In this document: one piece after another, positions 1 to 8,142 of the stretch
Numbering within the stretch: the stretch's first letter is position 1
Layout: each line of letters opens with the position of its first letter
Source of the DNA: a virus
Taxonomy: Duplodnaviria; Caudoviricetes
Virus record (IMG/VR): IMGVR_UViG_3300012348_000046
Coordinates: 1-36,459 of that record
DNA length: 36,459 nucleotides
Strand: one strand, 5' to 3'
Made by a program: the position numbers and the translations under genes
Notes under the pieces: model-generated
The model's database searches: none
What the model was told of the DNA's origin: nothing
Seen by the model: the letters and a program-made list of their open reading frames with translations, nothing else

Positions 1-55
1 GAAAGCCGAAAAACTCGTTACTTACTACATCCTCTAATGTCGGCTTAACCGCCTA
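1..55. repeat. 55-bp exact repeat of 34194-34248
   Basis: gaaagccgaa...aaccgccta is identical at both places and diverges at base 56 (a vs t). Confidence 0.97.
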
Positions 56-60
56 AAAAA

Positions 61-132
61 CTATTTATTCATTACGTACATTGTTACCTCAAAGCCAAAA
101 CGCATTTCTGTAGCTGCTGGTGATGTCCACAT
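61..132 (-). CDS. pqqA: Pyrroloquinoline quinone precursor peptide PqqA (allele A), MWTSPAATEMRFGFEVTMYVMNK
   Basis: Hand translation gives a 23-aa peptide with the MW..P start, R-x-G-F-E-x-x-x-Y core (ExxxY crosslink residues) and an AAAGGA RBS upstream. Missed by the ORF track. Confidence 0.95.
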   Translation of the reverse strand: MWTSPAATEMRFGFEVTMYVMNK

Positions 133-200
133 GGTAATTTCCTTTGTCTGTAATAATTCAAAAATTATTCAACACAAACTTTTTTGCATTGAACAAATAC

Positions 201-232
201 ATAGTAACAGAATCAAGGTTTTTACACATCGG
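201..232 (-). promoter_or_regulatory. Putative pqqA promoter block (extended -10 TGnTACTAT)
   Basis: A 32-bp block is conserved 28/32 with 34389-34420 although the flanks are unrelated. The minus strand reads CCGATGTGTAAAAACCTTGATTCTGTTACTAT. Confidence 0.6.
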
Positions 233-267
233 TTAGACTATTAATGTAGCCTAGTGAAAAGCACTAA

Positions 268-382
268 TTAGCGTCTTTCCAATTCAAGTATATATTTACC
301 AAGCTTTGCTGTGTCTTCTTTGCTTAGACACATACCGCCATCAATCTTTTGGACGTTGAGGGTCGGTTTGAGGGGATATGGC
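268..382. repeat. 115-bp near-identical repeat of 36345-36459
   Basis: 111/115 identical, all four differences synonymous in the o-spanin frame; the last 54 bp (329-382 = 36406-36459) are exact. Confidence 0.95.
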
Positions 383-513
383 TTTGGCATGGTAGTCGTG
401 CAAGCTATTAAAGTGCTGCTCAAACCAATCAGCAGGAGCTGCCTCAATTTGCTCACTCTGTTGTTGCACATCTTTCTGCTCCTTTTTAGCTGCCCACTCT
501 TGATATAAAGCAA
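268..513 (-). CDS. o-spanin (Rz1-like) lipoprotein; true start probably downstream of the track start
   Basis: Hydrophobic signal with lipobox LIAC, Pro-rich segment and a second Cys; overlaps 341-547 in another frame at the end of the lysis cassette. Confidence 0.65.
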   Translation of the reverse strand: MLYIKSGQLKRSRKMCNNRVSKLRQLLLIGLSSTLIACTTTMPKPYPLKPTLNVQKIDGGMCLSKEDTAKLGKYILELERR

Positions 514-547
514 GCAGCCGATCTATGATTGCTAATAGGTATTTCAT
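341..547 (-). CDS. Putative i-spanin (Rz-like) or lysis accessory protein
   Basis: Hydrophobic N-terminus followed by a charged helical segment; lies between the holin and an overlapping lipoprotein, with ATGA coupling to the holin. Confidence 0.5.
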   Translation of the reverse strand: MKYLLAIIDRLLALYQEWAAKKEQKDVQQQSEQIEAAPADWFEQHFNSLHDYHAKAISPQTDPQRPKD

Positions 548-711
548 TTGTCTGCTGTAAACACGCCAATAGCGCCTATAACGCTTAAACCAAGTGCGAC
601 AATAGCTTCACCTTGCTCTGGTGATAAACTCAAGCCTACGGCTGTTAAAAGGGCTACTAGACCCCTCCATGTAGATGATTCTTTACCACGAGCTAATAAA
701 AATGCTTTCAT
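544..711 (-). CDS. Putative holin, 55 aa (MKAFLLARGKESSTWRGLVALLTAVGLSLSPEQGEAIVALGLSVIGAIGVFTADK)
   Basis: Hand-translated; two hydrophobic segments and an ESSTWRG motif, directly downstream of the endolysin with an AGGAG RBS. Confidence 0.7.
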   Translation of the reverse strand: MKAFLLARGKESSTWRGLVALLTAVGLSLSPEQGEAIVALGLSVIGAIGVFTADK

Positions 712-713
712 AA

Positions 714-1151
714 CTACTCCTTAAAAGGTTTGTAAGATGGTTTGCCGTTGATAAAAGTTGCTGTTAAGAATTGCTGACGCATTTTAGGGTCAAACGATAC
801 ATGAACCCATGTGCCTTCTTCAATAACTTGGTCTACTTTAATGCCAGACTTAAATAAAGCTTTAACCACATCAATAGGCTTGCCAAACTTAGCGCAAGTA
901 AAGTCAGCAGCTAAACCGCTCATGTGAGCAGAGTTTACAGAGCCACCTATCTTACGGTTAAGCTCCATGCACCTAAACCCAGAGCTAATACGCAATGGAT
1001 GGCCTAAGAACTCTCGTATTTTTTCAAGGTTGTCAGCCAGTGTTTTAAGATTGTTTTTAACTGCCTGGGATGGGTTGTTGTTAATGCCGTTACGAACTGC
1101 TGTTTGTGAAAAGGTTAGCTCATCAAGCGTAAAGTGCTTACTCAAATTCAT
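714..1151 (-). CDS. Endolysin, peptidase M15A family Zn peptidase
   Basis: SGFRC, SAH..G.AAD and WVH motifs typical of Peptidase_M15_3; adjacent to holin and spanins. Confidence 0.88.
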   Translation of the reverse strand: MNLSKHFTLDELTFSQTAVRNGINNNPSQAVKNNLKTLADNLEKIREFLGHPLRISSGFRCMELNRKIGGSVNSAHMSGLAADFTCAKFGKPIDVVKALFKSGIKVDQVIEEGTWVHVSFDPKMRQQFLTATFINGKPSYKPFKE

Positions 1152-1510
1152 TTAAGGTTTTCCAACTTGTAGATTAAGCTTAAGAACTCACCTACAGCCT
1201 CGTCTACGATGTTCTGTAACGCAGAGTCATCTTTAGGTATGCACTTGTAACGGTTTTTCTCAATGTAAGCTAGTTTTTCAGCTATGCAGTAGATAGGCTC
1301 TTTATACTTTTCTTTCTCGGTCAGTATGGGTATCTCTTTAATAATGCCATAACGACCTTGGTAGGCTTCTGTAAGCTTGTCAGCTATACCAGCTATGTCT
1401 TCATAAAAGTGGCCTAATGCTTTGTGTTGAGAATAACTTTTAGTGCGTAGATGTTCTCTGTGTGCTACATCTCTAGCTAAAAACAATGTTGCTATAAATT
1501 CACCTATCAT
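1148..1510 (-). CDS. Ferritin/Dps-like four-helix protein (DUF5856-like)
   Basis: H..H..T.SY..H.AL..FY.....D...E.YQG pattern resembles Dps ferroxidase ligands. Confidence 0.7.
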   Translation of the reverse strand: MIGEFIATLFLARDVAHREHLRTKSYSQHKALGHFYEDIAGIADKLTEAYQGRYGIIKEIPILTEKEKYKEPIYCIAEKLAYIEKNRYKCIPKDDSALQNIVDEAVGEFLSLIYKLENLK

Positions 1511-1908
1511 TTCATTAAATCCTTTAAAAATAACATTGGTTTTAAGGCTTCAGATTGCTCCATTGTAGGAATTCCTCCAGTTTTATCTCCAGACAGTATT
1601 CTAGCCATCATAGTGGCTTTTCTATACTGTGGGTCAGCATTAGCGTATGCACCAAGTCCAGAAAGATTTTGCTCTTGTTCTCTAGTTAAACTTACATTTG
1701 GCACACCATTTTTATTCATGTATAAACGAGCAGCCTCATTAACATGAACAGCAGATTTTTCTTGTGGGGATAATTTTGAGTATGGATTTAAAACTACATA
1801 CTGGTCTTCAGTAGCCATGCCACCTACTTGTGGATTAGATTTAAAATACTGGTCTTCACCAGGATATAAATCCCTTGTTCTTTTAAAAAAATCTAATGGG
1901 TCAGCCAT
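1507..1908 (-). CDS. Hypothetical protein with a degenerate zincin-like segment
   Basis: Translationally coupled on both sides; the VVLNP...AVHVNEAARLYM segment resembles an HExxH context. Confidence 0.6.
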   Translation of the reverse strand: MADPLDFFKRTRDLYPGEDQYFKSNPQVGGMATEDQYVVLNPYSKLSPQEKSAVHVNEAARLYMNKNGVPNVSLTREQEQNLSGLGAYANADPQYRKATMMARILSGDKTGGIPTMEQSEALKPMLFLKDLMK

Positions 1909-2048
1909 TATATCTCATCCTCAATATCAATAATTCCAATTAAATCTTCATCGTATACATTACACTCGTGACAGACATGAAAGTCTATGTCAGCGTCATC
2001 TATCTCGTATGGCTCTCCGCAACACTCACATAGCTTAATCTGTTTCAT
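1908..2048 (-). CDS. 46-aa acidic zinc-ribbon protein (MKQIKLCECCGEPYEIDDADIDFHVCHECNVYDEDLIGIIDIEDEI)
   Basis: Hand-translated; two CxxC pairs, an AGGT RBS and TAATG coupling to the next gene. Confidence 0.75.
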   Translation of the reverse strand: MKQIKLCECCGEPYEIDDADIDFHVCHECNVYDEDLIGIIDIEDEI

Positions 2049-2059
2049 ATTTTACCTAC

Positions 2060-2079
2060 AAAAAAAGCCCCGAAGGGCT
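2060..2079 (-). terminator. Intrinsic terminator
   Basis: Minus strand AGCCC-TTCG-GGGC followed by TTTTTTT, at the phosphoesterase stop. Confidence 0.85.
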
Positions 2080-2878
2080 AGGCATACTTACTCTTAAGAT
2101 ATTTAAGTGTTAGTGGCAATTCGTCAAAACGGCCATCCTCTACATCGTATAACATATAGCACCCACGAAAGTGATTGTTGCCTTGAGCTCCTAAGTAGTC
2201 CTCATTATGCTCGTAGCACGATCCGCAAATAATGGCTGTCATCTCTTGGCCGTTAGCTTTCATAGCGTAAGAGATTTGTCTGCCTTGTTGATGGCCAGCA
2301 AAGCAACTCATGTGCTTTTTAGATAGTAGTGCTGCACTAGAGCCAATAGGTCTGCCCATAGCACCAGAGGTAAAGTAGTGAGCGTAAGCTATGCCGTCTA
2401 TCGTTATAACCTCTAAGAACGGTATAACTTCCCAATCTTGGTAAGGCAGGTCATCAATGGAGATAAGGCCGTCTAGCTTCCTATCCTCGTTAATAGCACG
2501 ATTAATACGGTCTTCATGGTTGCCAAGCGTTAAAACCATGCGAGGCTTGTATTGCTTGTGTTTAAAACTTTTAGCTTGTTTGTTGTAGTCATATATAGGC
2601 TGTAAAAGGGCATCCATAGCCTCTCTAGCAGCCCAAATATCTTTTTGGTAGCTACGACCTTCAAATGACTTTTTACCCACATCATAAGAAGAAAGGGACT
2701 CCATATCAGCGAAGTCCCCTATACATATAATTACATCAGGCTTTTTGTCTACAAGGTATTTACCTATGCAGGTTAGGAATGTAAAGTCATTGCCATCTTT
2801 AGCCTGGACATCAGGCAACACAAAATGTGTCTTAGTGGGTTTTGTCAGGAAGCTCATAATATAGTTGTAAGTCCTCAT
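2078..2878 (-). CDS. Calcineurin-like metallophosphoesterase (likely start near 2857)
   Basis: DxQ, GDFAD, GNHE, H and GH motifs in the expected order. Confidence 0.88.
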   Translation of the reverse strand: MRTYNYIMSFLTKPTKTHFVLPDVQAKDGNDFTFLTCIGKYLVDKKPDVIICIGDFADMESLSSYDVGKKSFEGRSYQKDIWAAREAMDALLQPIYDYNKQAKSFKHKQYKPRMVLTLGNHEDRINRAINEDRKLDGLISIDDLPYQDWEVIPFLEVITIDGIAYAHYFTSGAMGRPIGSSAALLSKKHMSCFAGHQQGRQISYAMKANGQEMTAIICGSCYEHNEDYLGAQGNNHFRGCYMLYDVEDGRFDELPLTLKYLKSKYA

Positions 2879-3008
2879 CAGAGAAAAGCACTACGCAAGT
2901 GCCATCCTCTGTATACATTACAAACTCGTCGTTGTCAATACCCACTTCTTCTATTCTTTGACCTACCAACTTGTCAAACAATGCCTCTAATTTTTGTTGT
3001 TGGTTCAT
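2832..3008 (-). CDS. 58-aa acidic hypothetical protein (MNQQQKLEALFDKLVGQRIEEVGIDNDEF...)
   Basis: Hand-translated; ATGA overlap with the upstream gene and fills the gap on the coding strand. Confidence 0.7.
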   Translation of the reverse strand: MNQQQKLEALFDKLVGQRIEEVGIDNDEFVMYTEDGTCVVLFSDEDLQLYYELPDKTH

Positions 3009-3238
3009 TTGTCAGCTTTGTGATCAAGCTTCTCAAATATACGGTTAAGCACAGCTTCTAATCGATCTAGCCTAGCTTCTAAGTCTTCTTTACGGACATA
3101 GAATGTAGGTAAGTCAACCTCAATGGCTTTTACATCACGTTTAAGGTCTTGGACGGCATCCCAGAGTTGTCTAGCAAACCAGCCCAGAACAGAAAGAACA
3201 GTACCGCCTACAATGTTAATTAAGTTCTGAGCGTCCAT
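3005..3238 (-). CDS. Single-TM coiled-coil membrane protein (holin/antiholin-like)
   Basis: N-terminal hydrophobic helix plus a heptad-rich tail; located between fibre and lysis genes. Confidence 0.6.
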   Translation of the reverse strand: MDAQNLINIVGGTVLSVLGWFARQLWDAVQDLKRDVKAIEVDLPTFYVRKEDLEARLDRLEAVLNRIFEKLDHKADK

Positions 3239-3240
3239 TT

Positions 3241-3387
3241 TTATTCCTTAACTTCGTCTTTAGGCAGTTGAGCTTCGGCTTGGGCTTTAATGTTAGTCAA
3301 TAAGCCCCATGCACCTGTCTTAGTAGGCAATTCACCCAATACATTGAGAATAAAGTTAATCTCTTCTACTGTTAGTTTAATATCCAT
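3241..3387 (-). CDS. 48-aa hypothetical protein (MDIKLTVEEINFILNVLGELPTKTGAW...)
   Basis: Hand-translated with an AAGGA RBS; small helical protein downstream of the fibre. Confidence 0.75.
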   Translation of the reverse strand: MDIKLTVEEINFILNVLGELPTKTGAWGLLTNIKAQAEAQLPKDEVKE

Positions 3388-3409
3388 AATGTTTCCTTTA
3401 TAAATTAGG

Positions 3410-3658
3410 CTAGTAGCCGAGGTAGATTATATACCCTAATAGACCGCCTAGTGTAGTAGCTACTGCATCCCATACATCGGGAGTGTGTGTGTCTTGGTGA
3501 AAGTAATCGTATATCTCTTTGCCAATAGCACCGACAACAGCAAATAACAAGCCGTAGCCAAATAGCTGACCGATAGCGAATAGAATAACACCCACAAGAC
3601 AATGATAGATTTTGTCAGATGGGATGTTGTTTAAAAAGTTTAGTATTTTTTCTATCAT
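3410..3658 (-). CDS. Small multi-pass membrane protein (VanZ/DUF2279-like DKxxH...KE..D...D motif)
   Basis: DKIYH, KEIYD and D.WD..AT..GG motifs with three hydrophobic segments. Confidence 0.65.
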   Translation of the reverse strand: MIEKILNFLNNIPSDKIYHCLVGVILFAIGQLFGYGLLFAVVGAIGKEIYDYFHQDTHTPDVWDAVATTLGGLLGYIIYLGY

Positions 3659-5673
3659 TTAGCCTCCAAAGCAGCTACTTTAGCCTTTAATTCGTCTATC
3701 ATCGCTTGTTGTTCTTCAATCATAATTAGTGCCTTTTGTAATGACATAACGGTTACTGCTAAAACTGACCTATCATAGTAGCCCCAAGGTTTAGTATGTG
3801 TGGTTTCTACGCCATTTTCATCTATTTCAGTATATGTTTCAGGTATAGGCGCTGCTTCTTCGCCAATAGCTTCATTAACATTTTGAGCATAAAACCCTAA
3901 TTGTCTGTCCGTACCAAATATAGGTGCTTTTTCTTCGTTATAAAACCAATACCCTGGTTTTAATTTTTGTAGCATTACATCAGGGTTTAATGGTGCGCCA
4001 TCTTTAATTTTCCATGTTTCATCTGAAACTGAACTAATTACACCTGATGCTGAAAATGTAGCTGCACCTGCACCATAAGCAGACATGGTAATAATTCCAT
4101 TAGACGCAATACGCATCCGTTCTGGAATACCTGCGCCTGTAGCAAATTTAATTGCACCACTAGCACTATCTGAAGCTAAAACAACGTGCTTGGCTGTGTA
4201 AACATAAGCATCACCAGCAGCTAACGCACCATAAGCTGAATTTCCTTGTGTGCCAAAAGAAGATTGACCACTTGAATTTAAAGCGTTGAAGTTAATAGCA
4301 CCAGTAGCAGAAGAATTGCCTAGTAAAACATTGTTTGCACTAGGGTCTGTGGAATTGCCTATTGATAGCCCACCACTAGCGTGTAGTGTCATTGCTTGGG
4401 TTAAAGTTATAGCATTACCTGCTGTGCCTGAAGTATTATTATTATACCAATAATAGTTTCCACCTGTCATTTGGTAAAGAGTTGCGCCAGTAGCTGTATT
4501 GGCATATCGCCATGAACCATTAAAATAAGCATTGGTGGTTAAAGTTAACAAAGTAGAAGAAACGCCACCACTAATAGAGTTGCCAATAGTCCCGATGTCT
4601 AATGCTTTGTAAGTAGTCCAAGCACTAGGAGTTATACCTAGACCTAGGTTGCCTGATGAGTCAATACGCATACGCTCTGTATTGGCTGTTCCTAATGCCA
4701 TGTAATCGCTAGTGTGTACATATATCATGTAACCAGCAGCCTGTTGCGCTCCACCACTAGTTCCATCAGCAAAGAATAAAGAACCTTGATTAGATGCGCC
4801 AGTAGCAATAGTAATGCCGTTATCGCCTGATGTAGTGCCAACAACTAGATTATCAGCAGCCGAATTAAATGAGTTTGGAATAGCAGTACCAATACCAACA
4901 TTGCCACCAAATATTAAATTGCTTGTTCCTGTTGGGTTTCTTAATAATTGAACAGAACCTGCTGGGTTATACAAACTAAAGTCTGATGTGCTTCCAGTTT
5001 TTCCGCCAATGGCTAAACCATCAACTGAGTTAGTTGTAAAGGTTGCTGGGCCAAAAGTTCCAGTGTTGACAGTTATGCCACCATTAGCTGTAATTAAGCC
5101 AGCAGCAGTAGTTGTGCCAGTTACAGTTAAGTTAGTAACAGTTTCAGATTTACCATTAGCATCGCTTAACAATTGAAAGTTAGTGCCGTCATACATAATT
5201 TGAACAGCAGCACCAGAGGCAATATCACCTGACACTAAAGCTGAACCATCTGTGCGAACAATAGACTTCAAACCAATAGAGTTGATGTTAATCGTTACAG
5301 CACCTGTAGTCGCATTAGCCGCAATAAAACGGAAGGTTTGACCAGCAGCATAGGCTGTCATCACAATAGGCGCTGAAGCCGTTATAGCGTTCGTTCCAGA
5401 TACACTTGTAAGGTAGGTTAAAGTAGAGTCTTGAACCTGACCTGCCGAGGCATACATAGTTCTAGCAGTAGCGTTACCTACATTCGTATGGGCATAAGTA
5501 CCCATGAGTAGGTTAGCTGTAGGGGTAGTCTGACCGTCAGCAGCAATAGAGCCTGTTAAAGCACTAGCAATGTCTGATAGTGTGGTATTAGCCCATGATG
5601 ATGAGATGGTTGACCCAGTGGTAACTGGATTACCTGCTGGTAACGAGTATGTTCCTGATCCGTTGCGTGCCAT
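3655..5673 (-). CDS. Tail fibre / receptor-binding protein with C-terminal intramolecular chaperone (peptidase S74-like)
   Basis: G/T/S/A-rich with repeated ERMRIxSxG and GNVGIGT fibre motifs; ends with an SD...K, G.yAQ.V and coiled-coil region. Confidence 0.88.
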   Translation of the reverse strand: MARNGSGTYSLPAGNPVTTGSTISSSWANTTLSDIASALTGSIAADGQTTPTANLLMGTYAHTNVGNATARTMYASAGQVQDSTLTYLTSVSGTNAITASAPIVMTAYAAGQTFRFIAANATTGAVTININSIGLKSIVRTDGSALVSGDIASGAAVQIMYDGTNFQLLSDANGKSETVTNLTVTGTTTAAGLITANGGITVNTGTFGPATFTTNSVDGLAIGGKTGSTSDFSLYNPAGSVQLLRNPTGTSNLIFGGNVGIGTAIPNSFNSAADNLVVGTTSGDNGITIATGASNQGSLFFADGTSGGAQQAAGYMIYVHTSDYMALGTANTERMRIDSSGNLGLGITPSAWTTYKALDIGTIGNSISGGVSSTLLTLTTNAYFNGSWRYANTATGATLYQMTGGNYYWYNNNTSGTAGNAITLTQAMTLHASGGLSIGNSTDPSANNVLLGNSSATGAINFNALNSSGQSSFGTQGNSAYGALAAGDAYVYTAKHVVLASDSASGAIKFATGAGIPERMRIASNGIITMSAYGAGAATFSASGVISSVSDETWKIKDGAPLNPDVMLQKLKPGYWFYNEEKAPIFGTDRQLGFYAQNVNEAIGEEAAPIPETYTEIDENGVETTHTKPWGYYDRSVLAVTVMSLQKALIMIEEQQAMIDELKAKVAALEAK

Positions 5674-6744
5674 TTATTGCTCCTCTTGATTTGATAGCAT
5701 TCTAGCTAATAATGCTGCTGTTTGATTTGTTGGCAATTGCGTCATTGCAGCTTTAACATAAGGCGATGCTTGCTCTGCCATTCTTGCAGTGGCCCCGGCA
5801 CCTTTAGCCATATTGCCTACCATTCTAGGTGATTGTAACGCTACTAGCGGTAACATTTTTGCTGAAACTAATCCTTTTAATACGGCAGGAATATGTCCCA
5901 ATGCTGAAGCTCCGGCTGCAATACCTTCACCTTTTAATAATCCTGTAGCTAATTTATTTTGTGGCAAATATGTGCCTAAATCAACACCAGCCTGTGTAGC
6001 AAGTTTAATTTGCTCTGGAAGATCTAACTTTGAAAAATCTTCAAAAGATGGAAACTTAGTACCGGCTGCTTTTGCTGCATTCCATAAACCCCAAGCACCT
6101 TTTTCAGTAGCGTTATAATGCTCTGCCGTAGACGCAATATCATGAGGTAAGCCTAGTTGCCTGGCGTAGTTATAAATCATGCGTGACTCAGGCATAATTG
6201 GTATTTCTTTACCGGCAGCTAGTGCTGCACTTAACTCAGGCGATCCAGATTTGCCAACTTGATACGCAACATTAAGCGCCTTGGGGTCAATGATACCAGA
6301 AGTTCTACCTAAAACAGTAGCAGGTATTTTGCTTAACGCTTCTGTAACAGGCTTTGTATACTTGCCCATGTTAGGAATGTTTTGACCTATGGCAGTCATT
6401 GCCGGGCTTACTTGCCCTACTTGACCGATGCCTTGCAATCCTTCAATCCCAGACTGTCTAGCAATTTGACCGGCTTGTCCCATCATTGTATCTGCTGGCC
6501 TTTGACCGCCATATACAAGATCTTGCATAGATCCAAACTTACCGCCAGATAGCAATTCAGCAGTTTTATCAAGTAAAGTTTTTTGCCTTACCTGTGGAGT
6601 AGTGCCAGACATAGGGCTTGGTACATCACCCATATTGTTAGATAAATTACTATGCAAGCTTTGCAGACCTTCATTAGACAATTTGCTTAAATCATTTGCC
6701 TGTAAAGCCATCAAATCTGCATCTGATAATCTGCTCAAATCCAT
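5674..6744 (-). CDS. Putative internal virion / ejection protein
   Basis: A/G/L/M-rich helical protein, third of three genes between the GNAT and the fibre; has an N-terminal DLS(R/K)LS duplication. Confidence 0.6.
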   Translation of the reverse strand: MDLSRLSDADLMALQANDLSKLSNEGLQSLHSNLSNNMGDVPSPMSGTTPQVRQKTLLDKTAELLSGGKFGSMQDLVYGGQRPADTMMGQAGQIARQSGIEGLQGIGQVGQVSPAMTAIGQNIPNMGKYTKPVTEALSKIPATVLGRTSGIIDPKALNVAYQVGKSGSPELSAALAAGKEIPIMPESRMIYNYARQLGLPHDIASTAEHYNATEKGAWGLWNAAKAAGTKFPSFEDFSKLDLPEQIKLATQAGVDLGTYLPQNKLATGLLKGEGIAAGASALGHIPAVLKGLVSAKMLPLVALQSPRMVGNMAKGAGATARMAEQASPYVKAAMTQLPTNQTAALLARMLSNQEEQ

Positions 6745-8141
6745 TATTTGCGTCCTTGTCTACGAGCTATTTCAGCAGCAATATCATTTGCCGATGGAAG
6801 TGCTGCTGGTGAACTACGGCCACTAATTTGATTTCTCATAGCTTCTCTGACATGAATCGGAGATTTCATGGCTGCGTCAATTTCCCTGTTAAGCATATTT
6901 AAAGTTGCTTGGTATGATTTTTGGTCAAACGCTGTAGACAATATCTTACGAGCATGGTCTTTATCAGACACAGTAGGTACGCCAGTTGGACTAATTGCCC
7001 TAGCGTATGTGTTAATAATACCGTTGTTAACCGCAGCAAATTCACGCAATGCAGGATCGTTGGTTTGCTCATCAAACATGATTTGAACTTTACCAAACGG
7101 CAGGATTTTGCTTCTTGATACTGCCCTAGAAGCTTGCTCTGCCAATGGCAATAAACCTTGGAATTCAGCACCAGCCAGTTGCACGTTTGCACCTTTAACA
7201 CCGGCAGTTCTTTGAGCAGCACCAAAGCCCATAAACTCAGCATTAGCAGCAGCAATGTCAGCGCCTGTCATACCTCTGTCACGCATTTTTTGATTCATGC
7301 GTTGACGAATAGCGCCAATATTTGCACCCGTCATACCACGACCACTAAACACAGATTTGTCACCAGTTAAAGCTTGATCGGCCAACATATCTATTGTTTC
7401 GCTGTCAAAGTTGTTGTCTTCTTTTTTGTTAATTTCTTGTTTTCTTAATCTTAAAGATTCTGTTTCATAAGCAGACATGGGTGGTTTTGGTGTAATTGCT
7501 GCACCAGGTATTTGTTCAATTTGGTTGGTTTTAATGTTTAAGCCAAAGAATTGACCTGTTTGTGGATCTTGTTGAACATTAGCGTAATTAGATTTAGCAA
7601 GTTCTTCTTTTGGGTTTTGATAAAGAACATTACCTTGTTTATCAGTAAGAGCAGCACCTTGACCTACAACCATAGGTTTTTCTTCTGTAAACATATTGCC
7701 TAATTGCATTTCTAATAATTTAGGCGCTAAATCAGGTCTTGCTTGTAATGCTTTTGCTAAGAATGCGCCTTTATCTGGCATTGCTTGCGTTTCATTAATC
7801 ATTGGCTGATTGCCAGACTCGCTATAAGATACATCTAATTTTGCTTCAGGTTTTAACAGGTCTGCTAGTTTTGCATTTTGTGCGGCTTGATAATCACCAT
7901 ATTTTTTCATAGCAGCTTTTTCTTGCTGACCACCAGCATATTTATTAGCCAATGAAGCTAAATGCTGTGTAAATGATGGGGCTACATATATGCCAGAAAC
8001 CATTTGACCTTGAGGTGCTTCTTGTTGACGCAAAGCATCAGCAAATTTAAGCCTACGTTGCAACTCTATTTGCATCATTGCATCGTCTTGAGGCACTTCC
8101 TCTTGACCACCAAATGTAGGAAAGTATTGTGCAAGATTCAT
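6744..8141 (-). CDS. Putative internal virion / DNA ejection protein
   Basis: Q/A/M-rich; N-terminal PQGQMVSG.YVAPS..Q.LA motif; position matches the ejection-protein cluster. Confidence 0.65.
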   Translation of the reverse strand: MNLAQYFPTFGGQEEVPQDDAMMQIELQRRLKFADALRQQEAPQGQMVSGIYVAPSFTQHLASLANKYAGGQQEKAAMKKYGDYQAAQNAKLADLLKPEAKLDVSYSESGNQPMINETQAMPDKGAFLAKALQARPDLAPKLLEMQLGNMFTEEKPMVVGQGAALTDKQGNVLYQNPKEELAKSNYANVQQDPQTGQFFGLNIKTNQIEQIPGAAITPKPPMSAYETESLRLRKQEINKKEDNNFDSETIDMLADQALTGDKSVFSGRGMTGANIGAIRQRMNQKMRDRGMTGADIAAANAEFMGFGAAQRTAGVKGANVQLAGAEFQGLLPLAEQASRAVSRSKILPFGKVQIMFDEQTNDPALREFAAVNNGIINTYARAISPTGVPTVSDKDHARKILSTAFDQKSYQATLNMLNREIDAAMKSPIHVREAMRNQISGRSSPAALPSANDIAAEIARRQGRK

Positions 8142-8142
8142 A

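Noticed and set aside
3655-5673. Diversity-generating retroelement or invertase acting on the fibre
   Set aside because: No reverse transcriptase, template/variable repeat pair or invertase seen.
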